DNA of 5,847 nt from a virus: IMG/VR virus record IMGVR_UViG_3300045988_004982, positions 1 to 5,847 of that record. One strand, written 5' to 3'. The notes below the pieces were generated by a model. The model had not been told where the DNA came from and ran no database searches. It saw only the letters and a list, made by a program, of their open reading frames with translations. Position numbers and translations under genes: made by a program. Of this stretch, positions 5,038 to 5,847 are shown piece by piece (positions within the stretch are counted from its first letter, which is position 1; each line of letters starts with the position of its first letter).

Positions 5038-5063
5038 AGCCCCGCAAAAGCGGGGCTATTTTT
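5038..5063 (+). terminator. Rho-independent terminator or attenuator between VP1 and VP2
   Basis: An 8-bp stem pairs AGCCCCGC (5038..5045) with GCGGGGCT (5050..5057) around the loop AAAA, followed by ATTTTT (5058..5063). It begins 11 nt after the VP1 stop. Confidence 0.75.
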
Positions 5064-5065
5064 GA

Positions 5066-5847
5066 ATGGAGACGTTATTAAGCTTTATGCCATACCTCAT
5101 GCAAGGGCTGAGCATGTTAACAGGCATCATAACGAACAGCAACCAAAGCAGCGCCAAGAACAGCCAAGGGTCAGGCAGCGAGACCACAACCGGCAGCGAG
5201 ACCACAACCGGCAGCGTGACAGGGCCGCAGCAAATCGGAGCAACACAAATTAGCACGCCAACAGGCGTCACAATGTTCGGAAATCAGAGCAGTGTAAACA
5301 CCGCAAACGCACTGCAAATGATGAGCGGACTACTGAGCAACATCGCAAATGCTGGAAGCCAAGCAAGCGCAAAGAAGTACAACAGCGCAGAAGCAGCAGC
5401 AGAACGAGCATTTCAAAAGGAAATGCGCGGAACAGCCTATCAGGATACCGTAAAGGACATGATAGCAGCGGGCATCAATCCTATTCTAGCAGCAACCAAC
5501 GGCGCAACAAGCGCACCATCGGGAGCATCTGCAAGCATTGGAAGCCAACGTTATAACCAGCAGAGCGCACAGGCTGCAAGCGTATCCGCGATGTACGAAT
5601 ACGGCAACAACACGGCAGAGCTGGCAGACAAATACTTACAGCTAGCAAAACAGGCCACCAGCGCAAAACAGCTTAAGAGTGCGAAAAGCTGGGAACAGGC
5701 AGCGAGCGAGCTGGCAACCTCAAGCGCAAAACAGGCGCAACAATACACCTATACAGCTAACAAGTTAGGTGCAGGCCTTGCGGGAGCAGGAAAAAAAGCC
5801 AAAGAAGCAGTAGAAAAGACTGGTAAAGCAGCCAAAGAAGGTGCTGA
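5066..5847 (+). CDS. DNA pilot / minor capsid protein VP2, N-terminal 260 codons (continues at 1..146 after removing the overlap)
   Basis: Frame 2 is open from ATG 5066 to the window end. The N-terminus is hydrophobic (LLSFMPYLMQGLSMLTGII). The block ERAFQKEMRGTAYQDTVKDMIAAGINPILA matches the conserved NTAYQR-x-x-x-DM-x-x-AGLNP-x-LA core I recall for gokushovirus VP2. The central part is rich in A, Q and S. The start could instead be the in-frame ATG 5087. Confidence 0.85.
   Translation, partial: METLLSFMPYLMQGLSMLTGIITNSNQSSAKNSQGSGSETTTGSETTTGSVTGPQQIGATQISTPTGVTMFGNQSSVNTANALQMMSGLLSNIANAGSQASAKKYNSAEAAAERAFQKEMRGTAYQDTVKDMIAAGINPILAATNGATSAPSGASASIGSQRYNQQSAQAASVSAMYEYGNNTAELADKYLQLAKQATSAKQLKSAKSWEQAASELATSSAKQAQQYTYTANKLGAGLAGAGKKAKEAVEKTGKAAKEGA
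5174..5216 (+). repeat. 18-nt tandem repeat (2.4 copies) inside VP2
   Basis: ggcagcgagaccacaacc occurs at 5174..5191 and 5192..5209, then ggcagcg at 5210..5216. It encodes GSETTT-GSETTT-GS. Confidence 0.95.
5793..5847. repeat. Terminal direct overlap, copy 2, identical to 1..55
   Basis: Exact 55-nt match to the window start. Confidence 0.97.

Larger units (their letters stand above)
1..5792 (+). other. One complete unit of a circular Microviridae (gokushovirus-like) ssDNA phage genome, 5792 nt
   Basis: Positions 1..55 repeat exactly at 5793..5847. The gene content is the Microviridae core set (Rep VP4, VP5-like, scaffold-like, capsid VP1, pilot VP2), all on one strand. An ORF reads in frame through the junction. 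Confidence 0.9.

Noticed and set aside
4954-5253. 99-aa + strand ORF (frame 1) overlapping the VP1 3' end and the VP2 5' region
   Set aside because: It reads through the VP1 stop region and the terminator hairpin. Its RQRDHN repeats are simply the 18-nt tandem repeat read out of frame. Frame 2 carries the recognisable VP2 motifs.
5056-5748. Hydrophobic minus-strand ORFs (5056..5271, 5481..5666, 5551..5748) that could look like holins or membrane proteins
   Set aside because: They are antisense to the GCA/AGC/CAG-rich VP2 gene, which automatically yields Cys/Leu/Ala-rich hydrophobic artefacts. They are on the wrong strand for this virus family and lack an SD.
1-5847. tRNA, rRNA, CRISPR array, transposase or integrase
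   Set aside because: I saw no cloverleaf-compatible segment, no spaced repeat array of CRISPR dimensions and no recombinase-like ORF. The only repeats are the iterons, the microsatellite, the VP2 tandem repeat and the assembly overlap.

Overview
This window appears to be one complete circular ssDNA phage genome of the family Microviridae, gokushovirus-like. It was linearised with a 55-nt terminal overlap: 1..55 is identical to 5793..5847, so the unit length is 5792 nt. All credible genes are on the + strand. Recognisable core genes are an HUH rolling-circle replication initiator (VP4 / phiX174 gpA-like, 487..1476), a VP5-like small protein (2671..2925), a putative internal scaffolding protein (2912..3337), the major capsid protein VP1 (3363..5027) and the DNA pilot / minor capsid protein VP2. 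VP2 starts at 5066, crosses the circular junction and stops at 146, so it is missing from the supplied ORF track. Between rep and the morphogenesis genes lies an accessory cassette. It is led by a near-consensus extended -10 promoter (1610..1638) and holds a 61-aa unknown ORF, a 130-aa single-domain zinc peptidase of the M15 (LAS) type, and three Shine-Dalgarno-led mini-ORFs (24, 38 and 38 aa) below the track cutoff. One mini-ORF looks like the basic J/VP8-type DNA-packaging protein. The single large noncoding region (147..486) is highly structured. In order it holds a terminator, nine same-orientation TTCAACA iteron-like repeats (including a 21-nt exact direct repeat), a central 17-nt palindrome, a (TAC)6 microsatellite, a CAAC + AT-rich motif reminiscent of the phiX174 nick site, and an 11-bp perfect hairpin just upstream of rep. 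The most interesting items are the muralytic-type peptidase with no visible holin, the iteron/palindrome array as a candidate origin or regulatory hub, and a terminator hairpin between VP1 and VP2 that may also bridge a split ribosome-binding site. All homology statements rest on motif recognition by eye. No database search was run.
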